From NCBI GenBank assembly GCA_041652755.1, contig JBAZGS010000006.1, positions 6,443 through 70,442 on the forward strand: a stretch of 64,000 bases of DNA. The letters are read 5' to 3'. The stretch is from Candidatus Nanoarchaeia archaeon (lineage in GTDB: Archaea > Nanobdellota > Nanobdellia > Tiddalikarchaeales > Tiddalikarchaeaceae). The number at the start of each line of letters is the position of its first letter. Positions within the stretch are counted from its first letter, which is position 1. A program made the position numbers and the translations under genes. Positions 19,912 to 28,847 of this stretch are shown here, one piece after another. A model generated the notes under the pieces. It had not been told where the DNA came from and did no database searches. It was given only the letters and a program-made list of their open reading frames with translations.

Positions 19912-20349
19912 TTGAAACAAAGAAACGAGTTGAGTGCTCCTTTAGAGAGTAAGTTAGAGTCAACTTTTGAAAAGAATACAAAATTAACTCTTCCGGGAAA
20001 ATATTTCTGGAATGATGAAATCAAAGAGATTAATTTAAGAATTAATATCTATAAAATAAACGGCTATTTGATTCCTGTTTATAATAACAAGGTTTTAACA
20101 CCTGAATATTATGACAAAGTTTATTCAATAAGTAAACTTAATCAGGGAATATGCGAACCCTTGGATTCAAACGAGATTCTTGAATGCCTTTGGGATATGC
20201 CTAAAGACTTGTTCATTATTAGTGACCATGGTCCAAGAATAAGCGTTGCAGAGGACTTAAATAGGCTTTCTAAAAGATTGAAAAAAGAAATGCTAGAAAG
20301 GGATTGGAATAATTTGGCAATGCAATGGTATAATAAGGGATTAATTTAG
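19912..20349 (+). CDS. Hypothetical protein
   Basis: 145-aa ORF with TTG start; no motif recognised. Confidence 0.55.
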   Translation: MKQRNELSAPLESKLESTFEKNTKLTLPGKYFWNDEIKEINLRINIYKINGYLIPVYNNKVLTPEYYDKVYSISKLNQGICEPLDSNEILECLWDMPKDLFIISDHGPRISVAEDLNRLSKRLKKEMLERDWNNLAMQWYNKGLI

Positions 20350-21512
20350 TGAATTAATCCAGTTAAGCTTGAAAATATTAGTGATTGTATTGCATTGCTG
20401 ATTAAATCAAGCTTTATCAAATAAGGAACTGTGAATGCTATGTCTGTTTGCTCTTTTCCAATGCACTCGCATAGCTCATAGTTGCTTTTTAATACACAAA
20501 CCCTTGTTTTGTAGATGTTTTCCAAAGGATTATTTGTTATTTCAGAGGCAATGTTAGAGATTTCATCCTCATAGCTTATTGCCGCTATAAATGAAATATT
20601 ATTAACAGTAACAGTTCTTATCATGTCTGAAATAATATAAGTGCCTGTTTTTTCAAAGATTGTTTTGTTAATCAATGAATTATTTAATGATGCGGGTTTA
20701 ATGTCTGACTGGTTCAAAGATTCAAGCAATGCTGAAGTTTTCATGCAGCCCTCAGGCAAAGGAGCTGTTGTTAAAAATGAGAAATCAAAGGCATCACTGA
20801 AAGAAGCGATTGTTTCTTCATTTATGTTGTTTGCTAAAAAAATTAGCAGAAACAATGAAGCAAGTATTCCAATTGAGAATAAGGGTTTTTTGTATAGTAT
20901 TGAAAGATGGTTTTTTGATTCAGTTATTTCGTTTATTCTCCCTGTGTAAGCATCAATGATTGCTTCTTTTGAGCCTGATAATTTTGCTGTCCAATAATCA
21001 ACCTGCTTAGTCAATGATATTATTGAGTATTTCTTCATGCCTTTTTTTTCAAGCTCTTCTTTTAGCTTATTCTTTATATCATCTTGCGTTAATTCTTCAG
21101 GGGATATTTTTTCATCTTCCAGCGCTTTTGTAATCTTTGCAACCTGTATTTTCAGCTCTTTTAAATCGTTCATTATTGCATTCAAATCCATCTTAGTTGC
21201 GTAATTATTCTTAACCTCAAAAGCTGTTGAGATGAAAGACATTAATATGAAGCATATGAAAGCCACTGCTAAGCTGGTTAAGTATTCTAAAAAGATGAAA
21301 TCAATCCCTATGTAATCCTTTAATATTAAGCCTCCGAAGAAAGAGACAATGCCTAATATAACAGTCCCTATTATTTGGAATATCAAGTTTTTTCTGCCTT
21401 TCCATCCCTTAAATGCAATATTTCCATAATATAAGCAAATTGCAAAAAAAGCGATTTTTTTTACAACAAGCATTATTAGTGAAATTATTGAGATTATTTG
21501 GGATAATTCCAT
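20346..21512 (-). CDS. Membrane protein with possible PepSY-like domain
   Basis: Three N-terminal TMs, coiled coil, YW..AIIDAYTGRI (PepSY-like), another TM, Cys-containing C-terminal domain; start moved to MELSQ. Confidence 0.7.
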   Translation of the reverse strand: MELSQIISIISLIMLVVKKIAFFAICLYYGNIAFKGWKGRKNLIFQIIGTVILGIVSFFGGLILKDYIGIDFIFLEYLTSLAVAFICFILMSFISTAFEVKNNYATKMDLNAIMNDLKELKIQVAKITKALEDEKISPEELTQDDIKNKLKEELEKKGMKKYSIISLTKQVDYWTAKLSGSKEAIIDAYTGRINEITESKNHLSILYKKPLFSIGILASLFLLIFLANNINEETIASFSDAFDFSFLTTAPLPEGCMKTSALLESLNQSDIKPASLNNSLINKTIFEKTGTYIISDMIRTVTVNNISFIAAISYEDEISNIASEITNNPLENIYKTRVCVLKSNYELCECIGKEQTDIAFTVPYLIKLDLISNAIQSLIFSSLTGLIH

Positions 21513-21575
21513 AATTATTATAAAAAGGCAAGACTTTAAAAGATTTTTAATATTAAATATTACTTGTTGAATACT

Positions 21576-21863
21576 ATGGCCCTGTGGATTTTGTCTTTTT
21601 TTACTGGATTGCTCGTTATAATCTGCCTTTATTTCGCGCTTCATATTGCCAATATGAAATTAAGAATCAGTTCAGTAATCGTTCTTTTGCTGCTTTTAAT
21701 TGGGGAAACTTTTGATGTTTTGGCTGAATTAGTGCTTAACCAGTTCATGCTTTTGATTGCTGAAACTATGGAATTTTTTGTTGTATTAGGGTTCTTTGTC
21801 ATGTCATATTATATTTACCAAAAGAAGGAGAAGCTTTCAAAAAAGAGGAGGAAGAAAAGATGA
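21576..21863 (+). CDS. Small three-TM membrane protein
   Basis: Hydrophobic helices plus basic tail; stop overlaps next start (ATGA). Confidence 0.65.
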   Translation: MALWILSFFTGLLVIICLYFALHIANMKLRISSVIVLLLLLIGETFDVLAELVLNQFMLLIAETMEFFVVLGFFVMSYYIYQKKEKLSKKRRKKR

Positions 21864-22936
21864 CTTTAAAGGATTTGATTATTAATGCAAAAAAAATATC
21901 ATTGGTTTTTGACTTGGACACGGATGGGGTTTGCAGCGCAAAAATAGTTTTTGAAGCAGTTAACAGGATGCAAAAAGAGGTAAGCGATTTTTTTCCGAGC
22001 GCTTCAGGAAACTTGAATGATGAGTCATTGATTAATGGTTTAAAAAACGCTGAACCTGATTTGATTATAATTGTTGATGATGAGGTAAGGAAAGATTGCT
22101 TGATTGTCAAGAATTTCGATTGCAATATCTTAGTGATTGACCATCATAGCATTCAGGATTTGCCTATTGGAAAAAATATTCATTATTTTAACCCAAAAAT
22201 TGAAGGGAATTTATCATACATTCCTGCTTCTAAATATTGCTTTGATTTGTTTTCAAAAATTGTCGACATCAGCGACCTTGATTGGGTTAGCGCTGTTGGG
22301 ATAATAAGCGACAGCGGAGCAATTCATCACAAAGAGTTTTTGAAAAAAGTCTTTGAAAAATATTCACAGGAAATAAAGGAAGACGCTGATTATTTGTCCG
22401 ACTCATTCTTCGGCTACTTAGGGGATATAATTAACACTGGAAAGATTGTGAAAGGAAATGACGGCGCATTAATGGCTTTAAGGGTTTTGAAGGATTCATC
22501 AACTCCTAAAGATTTTTTACAGAACGCTTACGAGCTAAGGCAGTTATGCGATGATGTTAATTCTTACTTGAAGGAGATAAGCTTAGATTTTGAGTCAAAG
22601 AAGGAATTTTATGAAAACCTTGATTTGTATTTTTACACATTCAACCCCAAGTACAAGATTGGCTCAGTATTGTCCACTGTTGTCAGCTTCAAGCATCCTG
22701 ATAAGACAGTAGTTATTTTTTCAAAGAAATCAAAAATAATAAGCATTAGCTATAGAAGGCAGGATAAATTGGTTGACATGAATCAGCTGGCAAGGCAAAG
22801 CATTAAAGGGCTTAAGTCTGCAGGAGGAGGAGGGCATGTGCCTGCTGCAGGAGGGCATGTGCAGGCAAAGGATTTGAATATTTTGAAAAGGAATATTATT
22901 ACTACTTTGAAGAAGATGTTGGATAAAAAAATTTGA
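21860..22936 (+). CDS. DHH/DHHA1 phosphoesterase (RecJ/GAN-like)
   Basis: DLDTDG, IDHH, GIISD, GGGH..AAG. Confidence 0.9.
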   Translation: MTLKDLIINAKKISLVFDLDTDGVCSAKIVFEAVNRMQKEVSDFFPSASGNLNDESLINGLKNAEPDLIIIVDDEVRKDCLIVKNFDCNILVIDHHSIQDLPIGKNIHYFNPKIEGNLSYIPASKYCFDLFSKIVDISDLDWVSAVGIISDSGAIHHKEFLKKVFEKYSQEIKEDADYLSDSFFGYLGDIINTGKIVKGNDGALMALRVLKDSSTPKDFLQNAYELRQLCDDVNSYLKEISLDFESKKEFYENLDLYFYTFNPKYKIGSVLSTVVSFKHPDKTVVIFSKKSKIISISYRRQDKLVDMNQLARQSIKGLKSAGGGGHVPAAGGHVQAKDLNILKRNIITTLKKMLDKKI

Positions 22937-23834
22937 AGATTCTTTCTTTCAGCTCATCTATACCTTCCAATGTTTTGCATGACACGTTTAAGTCAGCTGA
23001 TTCATCCCTGCTTAAATCGCACTTGTTGTTTATTATAATCATTTCTTTGTCAGGGAATAATTCCTTTATTTTTTCAAATAGTCTTTTCTGGTCATTCATG
23101 GTGTAGCCGCTTGCTTGGCTGGAATCAAAAACAAATAAGATTATATCAGCCAAGTGCTTAAGAGCAATTATTGCCTTCATTTCTATCTTGTTTATTTTTT
23201 CAAAAGGCCTTTCCAGCAATCCTGGAGTGTCAACTATTTGGATTTTTTGGTTGTTCATTCTCATTATTCCAATATTTATTGATTTTGTTGTGAAGGGATA
23301 GCTGTTTATTTCAGGCTTGCTGTCTGTTATCTTAGTTAATATGCTTGATTTTCCAACATTGGGAAAGCCTGTGAGCAGCGCTGTTTTTAGGTTTTTTATG
23401 CTTGGAAATTTTGCCAAATGAGCTCTGGCTTTTTTCAAAAACTCTAAATCTTTAGAGATTTGCTTTAATACATCCTTGCTTCTTCCGAAAAAAACCATTA
23501 AAGGTATGTCTCTTTTTTTAAATGAGTAATAAAGCTTTTTTATCATTGACCTTGACCAATTAATGGCCCCTAAGTGCTTTTTGTAGTCATCAATGCTTAT
23601 TGCTGATTCCATTAATTCCTGGTAAAATTTTGAAACCTTGTCAGTGTCAGGGAAATGGGTTATTATTGCGCTTAATTGGCTGTAAATTGATTCATAAAAC
23701 CTTTTTGCCTTGATTATTGTGATTAATTTTTTTCTTTCTCCAAAGGTTAGTTTTCCACTTAGCACTATTTTTTTTGTTGAGCTGTATGCTGTGTCAAAAT
23801 AAAACATGTAATCAGCAACTGAAGGTATGTTCAT
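22902..23834 (-). CDS. NOG1-family GTPase
   Basis: GFPNVGKSS, YPFTTK, DTPGLLER, NKCD. Confidence 0.93.
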   Translation of the reverse strand: MNIPSVADYMFYFDTAYSSTKKIVLSGKLTFGERKKLITIIKAKRFYESIYSQLSAIITHFPDTDKVSKFYQELMESAISIDDYKKHLGAINWSRSMIKKLYYSFKKRDIPLMVFFGRSKDVLKQISKDLEFLKKARAHLAKFPSIKNLKTALLTGFPNVGKSSILTKITDSKPEINSYPFTTKSINIGIMRMNNQKIQIVDTPGLLERPFEKINKIEMKAIIALKHLADIILFVFDSSQASGYTMNDQKRLFEKIKELFPDKEMIIINNKCDLSRDESADLNVSCKTLEGIDELKERIFKFFYPTSSSK

Positions 23835-23868
23835 AAGATTTAAAAGAGGCTTTGAATATTAATAAGTT

Positions 23869-24123
23869 ATGGATTATGAAATTGATTATGAAAAAATAAA
23901 AAAAGAGCTTGCAAAAAACAATGCTAAAAGGGTTTTGGTCCAATTGCCTGACGGATTAAAGAAGGATTATGCAACTATTGAGAATAATTTAAAAGGGGAT
24001 TATGAATTGTTTTTTTGGCTTGGAAGCTGCTATGGAGCCTGCGATATGCCCACTTATGTTAAGGATTACGGGTTTGATTACATTGTTCACTTTGGGCATT
24101 TAAAATTCGTAAAAGAGGACTAA
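23869..24123 (+). CDS. dph2: Dph2 N-terminal domain only (split diphthamide synthesis protein)
   Basis: VLVQLPDGLK, SCYGACD, IVHFGH; only 84 aa. Confidence 0.85.
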   Translation: MDYEIDYEKIKKELAKNNAKRVLVQLPDGLKKDYATIENNLKGDYELFFWLGSCYGACDMPTYVKDYGFDYIVHFGHLKFVKED

Positions 24124-24128
24124 AAATA

Positions 24129-24776
24129 ATGGCTAAGATTTGCGGTATTGATGAGGCTGGCAAGGGCCCTGTTGTTGGAGATTTGGTTGTTTGCGGAGTT
24201 TTAACAGGGGTTTATAATGATTTTGATGGGTTAGGTTTTGACAGCAAAAAACTTAGCCCTAAAAAAAGGGAGGAGTTGTTTTTGAAAATAAAAGAAAAAG
24301 CAAGCAGTTATGCGCTTAGGAATATTAGCGCTAAAGAAATTGATTCAAAGAATTCGCAAGGCTGCAATTTGAACACTTTAGAGTTCATGAAAATGGCAGA
24401 GATTATCAATGAATTGAATGCTGATGTTGCATACATTGACTGCCCTCATCCAATACCTGAAAAATTTAAGGCAGAATTATTGGGGTATTTGAATAATAAG
24501 AATGTCAAGATTATTGCTGAGCACAAGGCTGACTTCAAGTATTCAATAGTTGGCGCTGCAAGCATACTCGCAAAGGTCACAAGGGATGCAATGGTAAAAA
24601 AGCTTGAAAATGATTATAATGTTAAAATCGGCAGCGGGTACCCTGCTGACCCCAATACTATAAGGTTTGTCGGAGAATTTTTGAACGGCGAGCATGATGA
24701 ATTGGATGAGTTTGTCAGGCATTCTTGGAGCACAATTAAATCCAAAATGGATAAATCGCAAACGAGGCTAATTTAA
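24129..24776 (+). CDS. rnhB: Ribonuclease HII
   Basis: GIDEAGKGPVVG, DSKKL, HKAD, AASILAKVTRD, GSGYP.DP. Confidence 0.97.
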   Translation: MAKICGIDEAGKGPVVGDLVVCGVLTGVYNDFDGLGFDSKKLSPKKREELFLKIKEKASSYALRNISAKEIDSKNSQGCNLNTLEFMKMAEIINELNADVAYIDCPHPIPEKFKAELLGYLNNKNVKIIAEHKADFKYSIVGAASILAKVTRDAMVKKLENDYNVKIGSGYPADPNTIRFVGEFLNGEHDELDEFVRHSWSTIKSKMDKSQTRLI

Positions 24777-24777
24777 A

Positions 24778-25710
24778 TTGATAATTGATGCCTTGAAATC
24801 ATTGCTTGGAAAAGACAGCTTTATGCCCTACAATGATAGTTTAGCTGGCAAAGAGGTTAATAAAAATAATTTCACAATAATTAATGAAAAAAATTCCTGC
24901 AACATTGTTTGTATTGACGGCGGATGCGCCACAATTGCTGATGGAGGCTCTTGGATTATTGCAAAAATCAAGGTTGGAATTGTTGAATATGCGGGTTTAA
25001 AAAAGATAAAACAGGAATCAAAAGAGTATTATTTAATAATTGTTGCAAAAGATTGCTATGAACTGCTTGTTTATCAGAATAATAAAAGCTATGAATTAAA
25101 GCTTAAGGGCATTGATTCAATCAAGATTGAAGAATTGGCTTCAAAAATCATGAAATATTTTGAATGGAGCGCATGCTTGGAGCTAAAAAATGACTGCTTA
25201 ATACTTATGGATTCAGCGCTTAATGCTGAGACTGATTTTGAAAAAGAATTGGTTAAAAAAGCCTTGGATAATAAGCTTAAAATTGTTGGTTTTTGCAAGA
25301 CTTCAAGGATGAGAACTCTAAGCGGCAGAAGCTTGCTTGGATTGATTAACAGCATTAGCCCTAATAATTCTGAATGGTTTTATCACCCTATTTTTGAAGA
25401 TGAAAAATTAATAAAAACATTTGCTGCAAAATTAGGCAAAACTTCAAAATTTTGCTACAAAGTTGAGCTTCCTATGTATTTAGACCATTCTATAATATTT
25501 AAGTCATTGTCTTTTTTTTCCAAAGATTCTGAAATGCCAGGCTATCCTTATCCTTTATTTAAAGCAGACAAAATAGCTAGGATTAATTCATTTGAACTTA
25601 AAAAAGACTTATTTACTATTGAAAAAGAATTAAAAAAAAGTGATTTATTCTTTGATTCATTATCTAATAGTTTTCATTCTAAAATGGATGAAAAAATGTA
25701 TAAAAAATAA
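24778..25710 (+). CDS. nurA: NurA 5'-3' nuclease
   Basis: CIDGG, LMDS, GFCKTS, GYPYPLFKADKIARI; herA/mre11/rad50 context. Confidence 0.9.
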   Translation: MIIDALKSLLGKDSFMPYNDSLAGKEVNKNNFTIINEKNSCNIVCIDGGCATIADGGSWIIAKIKVGIVEYAGLKKIKQESKEYYLIIVAKDCYELLVYQNNKSYELKLKGIDSIKIEELASKIMKYFEWSACLELKNDCLILMDSALNAETDFEKELVKKALDNKLKIVGFCKTSRMRTLSGRSLLGLINSISPNNSEWFYHPIFEDEKLIKTFAAKLGKTSKFCYKVELPMYLDHSIIFKSLSFFSKDSEMPGYPYPLFKADKIARINSFELKKDLFTIEKELKKSDLFFDSLSNSFHSKMDEKMYKK

Positions 25711-25714
25711 TTAA

Positions 25715-26041
25715 TTATTTGAGTAACCCTTCCATTGTTCCTGTACTAATTATTTTTTGAGCACTTTCTTTAGTTATTATTTCATCACACATTTCACTAT
25801 ATGCAGATACCATTAAACCATTTAAATAATCTTTATTTATTATGTTTATTTTGTATTTTATTCCGTTAATTTGTGTATGATCAATTATTCCAACTGCAAA
25901 ACCTATTGAGGGTGCAGTCATAACTGGAACATCTCTACCTAAAGAATTATATTTATTAACAAGTCCACAAAATTGACTGAAAATATTTTCTGGAACTATT
26001 ACTCCTACAGTTTTTATTTCATTTGTTTGCACAATATTCAT
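25715..26041 (-). CDS. Hypothetical protein inserted antisense between nurA and herA
   Basis: 108-aa ORF with ATG start, no motif. Confidence 0.55.
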   Translation of the reverse strand: MNIVQTNEIKTVGVIVPENIFSQFCGLVNKYNSLGRDVPVMTAPSIGFAVGIIDHTQINGIKYKINIINKDYLNGLMVSAYSEMCDEIITKESAQKIISTGTMEGLLK

Positions 26042-26166
26042 AACAATAAATTTGAAAAAATTCTCTTTAAAAATGTTTTTACTACTAAGTAGTTAATTTT
26101 TTAGTTAAAAAAATATGAGAACCCTTATACAAAGCATTAAAAATTTATTCATTATTCTATTACTTT

Positions 26167-27702
26167 ATGACTATAGGCCACATCATTGGAGGACGCGTTG
26201 GAGAGCACTTATTAATAAGATTAAAAAATGACTCCAATGTAAATGTGGGGGATTTGTTAATCTGCCAAGACAAAGGCTTAACTTTTTATTTGAAAATAAT
26301 AGACAAATTAATCTCATCATCAATTCCTTCGCAGTTTATTGAGGAAATGAGCGGCCAAGAATTAGAGCTTGATAAAGAGGTTGAATTATTTGATGAGAAA
26401 GAAAGGTTTTATCCTTTGGCTTATGCCAAAATATTAAGAGTGAAATCTGATAATTTTTCATTCGCAAGAACTATTCCTTCGTTTTTTTCAAAAGTAAGAA
26501 AAATAGAATCACAAGATTTGGAATTTATGAAAAACAATGAAGGAGTTAACATTGGGCATTTAAGAGTTGGAGGTGATTGCCTAAAAGACATTACTGTCAA
26601 GCTTCCTGCAAAGACTTTAGTCAGCCATCACGTTTTAATCAGCGCCGCAACAGGAAAAGGTAAAAGCAATTTCACCAAAGTGTTTGTGAAAGGTTTGATG
26701 GAATCAGATTTTGTTTCATGCCTAATCATTGACCCTCACTGTGAATACTATGGAGGCAAAGGCTTTAAGGGACTGTCAAGCATTAATTCTGACAGGATTG
26801 AATATTTCACACCTAATTGGAAGGATAATTTTAACAGCATTGATTTAAGGATTCATTCAAGCGACTTAGTTCCTGGAGATTTCTTTGGAATAACTGAACT
26901 ATCAGATGCCCAGAAAGAAGCAATGGATGCAATGTATAAAGTATTCAATAATCAATGGGTAAGAACTTTGCTAATAGATGAAACAATTAACACTATTTAT
27001 GAAAAATTAGGCAGGAATGTCAGCCCGGCAACGCTTTATGCCCTGAAAAGAAGAATTAACTACACTTTAGAACTAGAAGACGGCGAAAGAGGATTGGCTT
27101 TTGACTTGAATGAAAGAAGAATATCTAGCATTTTTCAGCTAATACAAGAAGCTGTCTGCAAAGGCAAGATAATAATAATTGACACTTCAATGCTTGGCAG
27201 CGAAGCAGAAAAATTAGTAAGTGCAGCAATTGTTAAAAGAATGTTTAATTTTTACAGGAAATCAAAACAAATTAACCCTGAAGCTTTTAGTAACCTGCCA
27301 GAACTTCTAATAATATTTGAAGAAGCTCCACGAGTGCTAGGGATTGAAGCATTAAGCCATGGAAGCAATGTGTTTGAAAAAATAGCAAGGGAAGGAAGAA
27401 AATTCAAAGTAGGCCTATGCGCAATTACCCAAATGCCAAGCCTTATTCCAAAAGAGATTCTTAGCCAAATGAACACTAAAGTCATTTTGGGCATGCCTTC
27501 GCAGTCCGACAGAAACGCAGTGATTGAATCCAGCTCGCAAAACATCAGCGATGAAGGCCCTGAAATACAAATATTAGACAAAGGGGAAGCAATCATTACA
27601 AGCCCATTCATTGATTTCCCAATGCCTGTTAAGATTTTTAATTTTGATGAATTGGTTAAGAATTCTTCAGTTAAAAAAAATGTTTCAGGTTTAGGGGTAT
27701 GA
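26167..27702 (+). CDS. herA: HerA helicase/ATPase
   Basis: N-terminal HAS-barrel-like region, HVLISAATGKGKS, DPHCEY, FEEA, AREGRKF, TQMPS. Confidence 0.95.
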   Translation: MTIGHIIGGRVGEHLLIRLKNDSNVNVGDLLICQDKGLTFYLKIIDKLISSSIPSQFIEEMSGQELELDKEVELFDEKERFYPLAYAKILRVKSDNFSFARTIPSFFSKVRKIESQDLEFMKNNEGVNIGHLRVGGDCLKDITVKLPAKTLVSHHVLISAATGKGKSNFTKVFVKGLMESDFVSCLIIDPHCEYYGGKGFKGLSSINSDRIEYFTPNWKDNFNSIDLRIHSSDLVPGDFFGITELSDAQKEAMDAMYKVFNNQWVRTLLIDETINTIYEKLGRNVSPATLYALKRRINYTLELEDGERGLAFDLNERRISSIFQLIQEAVCKGKIIIIDTSMLGSEAEKLVSAAIVKRMFNFYRKSKQINPEAFSNLPELLIIFEEAPRVLGIEALSHGSNVFEKIAREGRKFKVGLCAITQMPSLIPKEILSQMNTKVILGMPSQSDRNAVIESSSQNISDEGPEIQILDKGEAIITSPFIDFPMPVKIFNFDELVKNSSVKKNVSGLGV

Positions 27703-28847
27703 AGCTAATAATTTGTTCAGACACTCATTTAGGCAGGAAAAATTTTAAGGTAAACGAAAGGGAGAATGATTTTTTTGAATCCTTTAAGCAAGTAATTGAC
27801 TACTCAATAAATAATGAAGCTAAGGCAGTTTTGCATGCAGGAGACTTGTTTGACACTTCAAAGCCAAACATTAATGTAATAATCTTCGCAGTGGAACAAT
27901 TGAAAAGATTAAAAGCAAAAAACATACCTTTTTTTATAGTCTCAGGAAGCCACGATATTGGAACTTATGACTCATTCCTTAATGTTTTAGACACTGTTGG
28001 TTTATGCATTAATTTAACAAGCAAAAGATACTATGAATTGAAAGATGAAAGCCTTTTGCTTAAAGGCGAAAAATTTAATGAATTGTTTGTCTCTGGAATT
28101 CCCGGAAAAAACAATATAATAAATGAGCTTGAGTGCTTAAAGCCTATTATTCCGAAAGATTCTTTCAGCATCTTCATGTTCCACCACATAATCGAAGACA
28201 TTAGCCCCTTGTTTAGCTCCTTAAAAAAAAGCATGCTGCCTAAAGGGTTTGACTTATATGTTTCAGGGCACTGGCATGAAAAATTCATAACTACTTATGA
28301 CAAATCCCAACTGATTTATCCAGGAAGCACTGAGAACTGCGACTTAAACGAGATGAAAAGCGAAAAAAAAGGATTTTTTGAATACGAAACCCTTAGTAAA
28401 AAATTTGAATTCATCGAATTAAAAACGCGAAAGTCAATAATTCATGAAATTGACTGCACTGGGCTTAATCCTGAAGAAATAACTGATAAAATGGAAGGAT
28501 TGGTGAAGCCTGCTAACCAAGAAATGATTTTTTTCATGCTGAAAGGAAAGATGAAAAAAGGGCTGAAATCAGAGATTAACAGGCAACGAATAACTGAATT
28601 AGCAATAAAGAATAATTATTTGCTTTCAAAGATTTACCTCAACCAATTAGAGGATGCTTTCAGCGAGCAAATAATAATGGGTAAAAAAAGCATTAGTGAA
28701 ATAGAATCGGAATTTTTATTAAGCAAAGGATTCGGCAAAGATGAAACCCTTGCAGCAATTAAAATAATGAAAATCATAAGCTCCAATGAGAATAATTCTA
28801 TTGAATTATTGATTAATGAACTAAGAAATGAGGCGTTTTTGAAATGA
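27699..28847 (+). CDS. mre11: Mre11 nuclease
   Basis: SDTHLG, AGDLFD, GSHD, GHWH, YPGS. Confidence 0.95.
   Translation: MKLIICSDTHLGRKNFKVNERENDFFESFKQVIDYSINNEAKAVLHAGDLFDTSKPNINVIIFAVEQLKRLKAKNIPFFIVSGSHDIGTYDSFLNVLDTVGLCINLTSKRYYELKDESLLLKGEKFNELFVSGIPGKNNIINELECLKPIIPKDSFSIFMFHHIIEDISPLFSSLKKSMLPKGFDLYVSGHWHEKFITTYDKSQLIYPGSTENCDLNEMKSEKKGFFEYETLSKKFEFIELKTRKSIIHEIDCTGLNPEEITDKMEGLVKPANQEMIFFMLKGKMKKGLKSEINRQRITELAIKNNYLLSKIYLNQLEDAFSEQIIMGKKSISEIESEFLLSKGFGKDETLAAIKIMKIISSNENNSIELLINELRNEAFLK

Noticed and set aside
22820..22865. Repeated GGAGGGCATGTGC
   Set aside because: Encodes the DHHA1 GGGH..AAGGH motif; explained by protein coding
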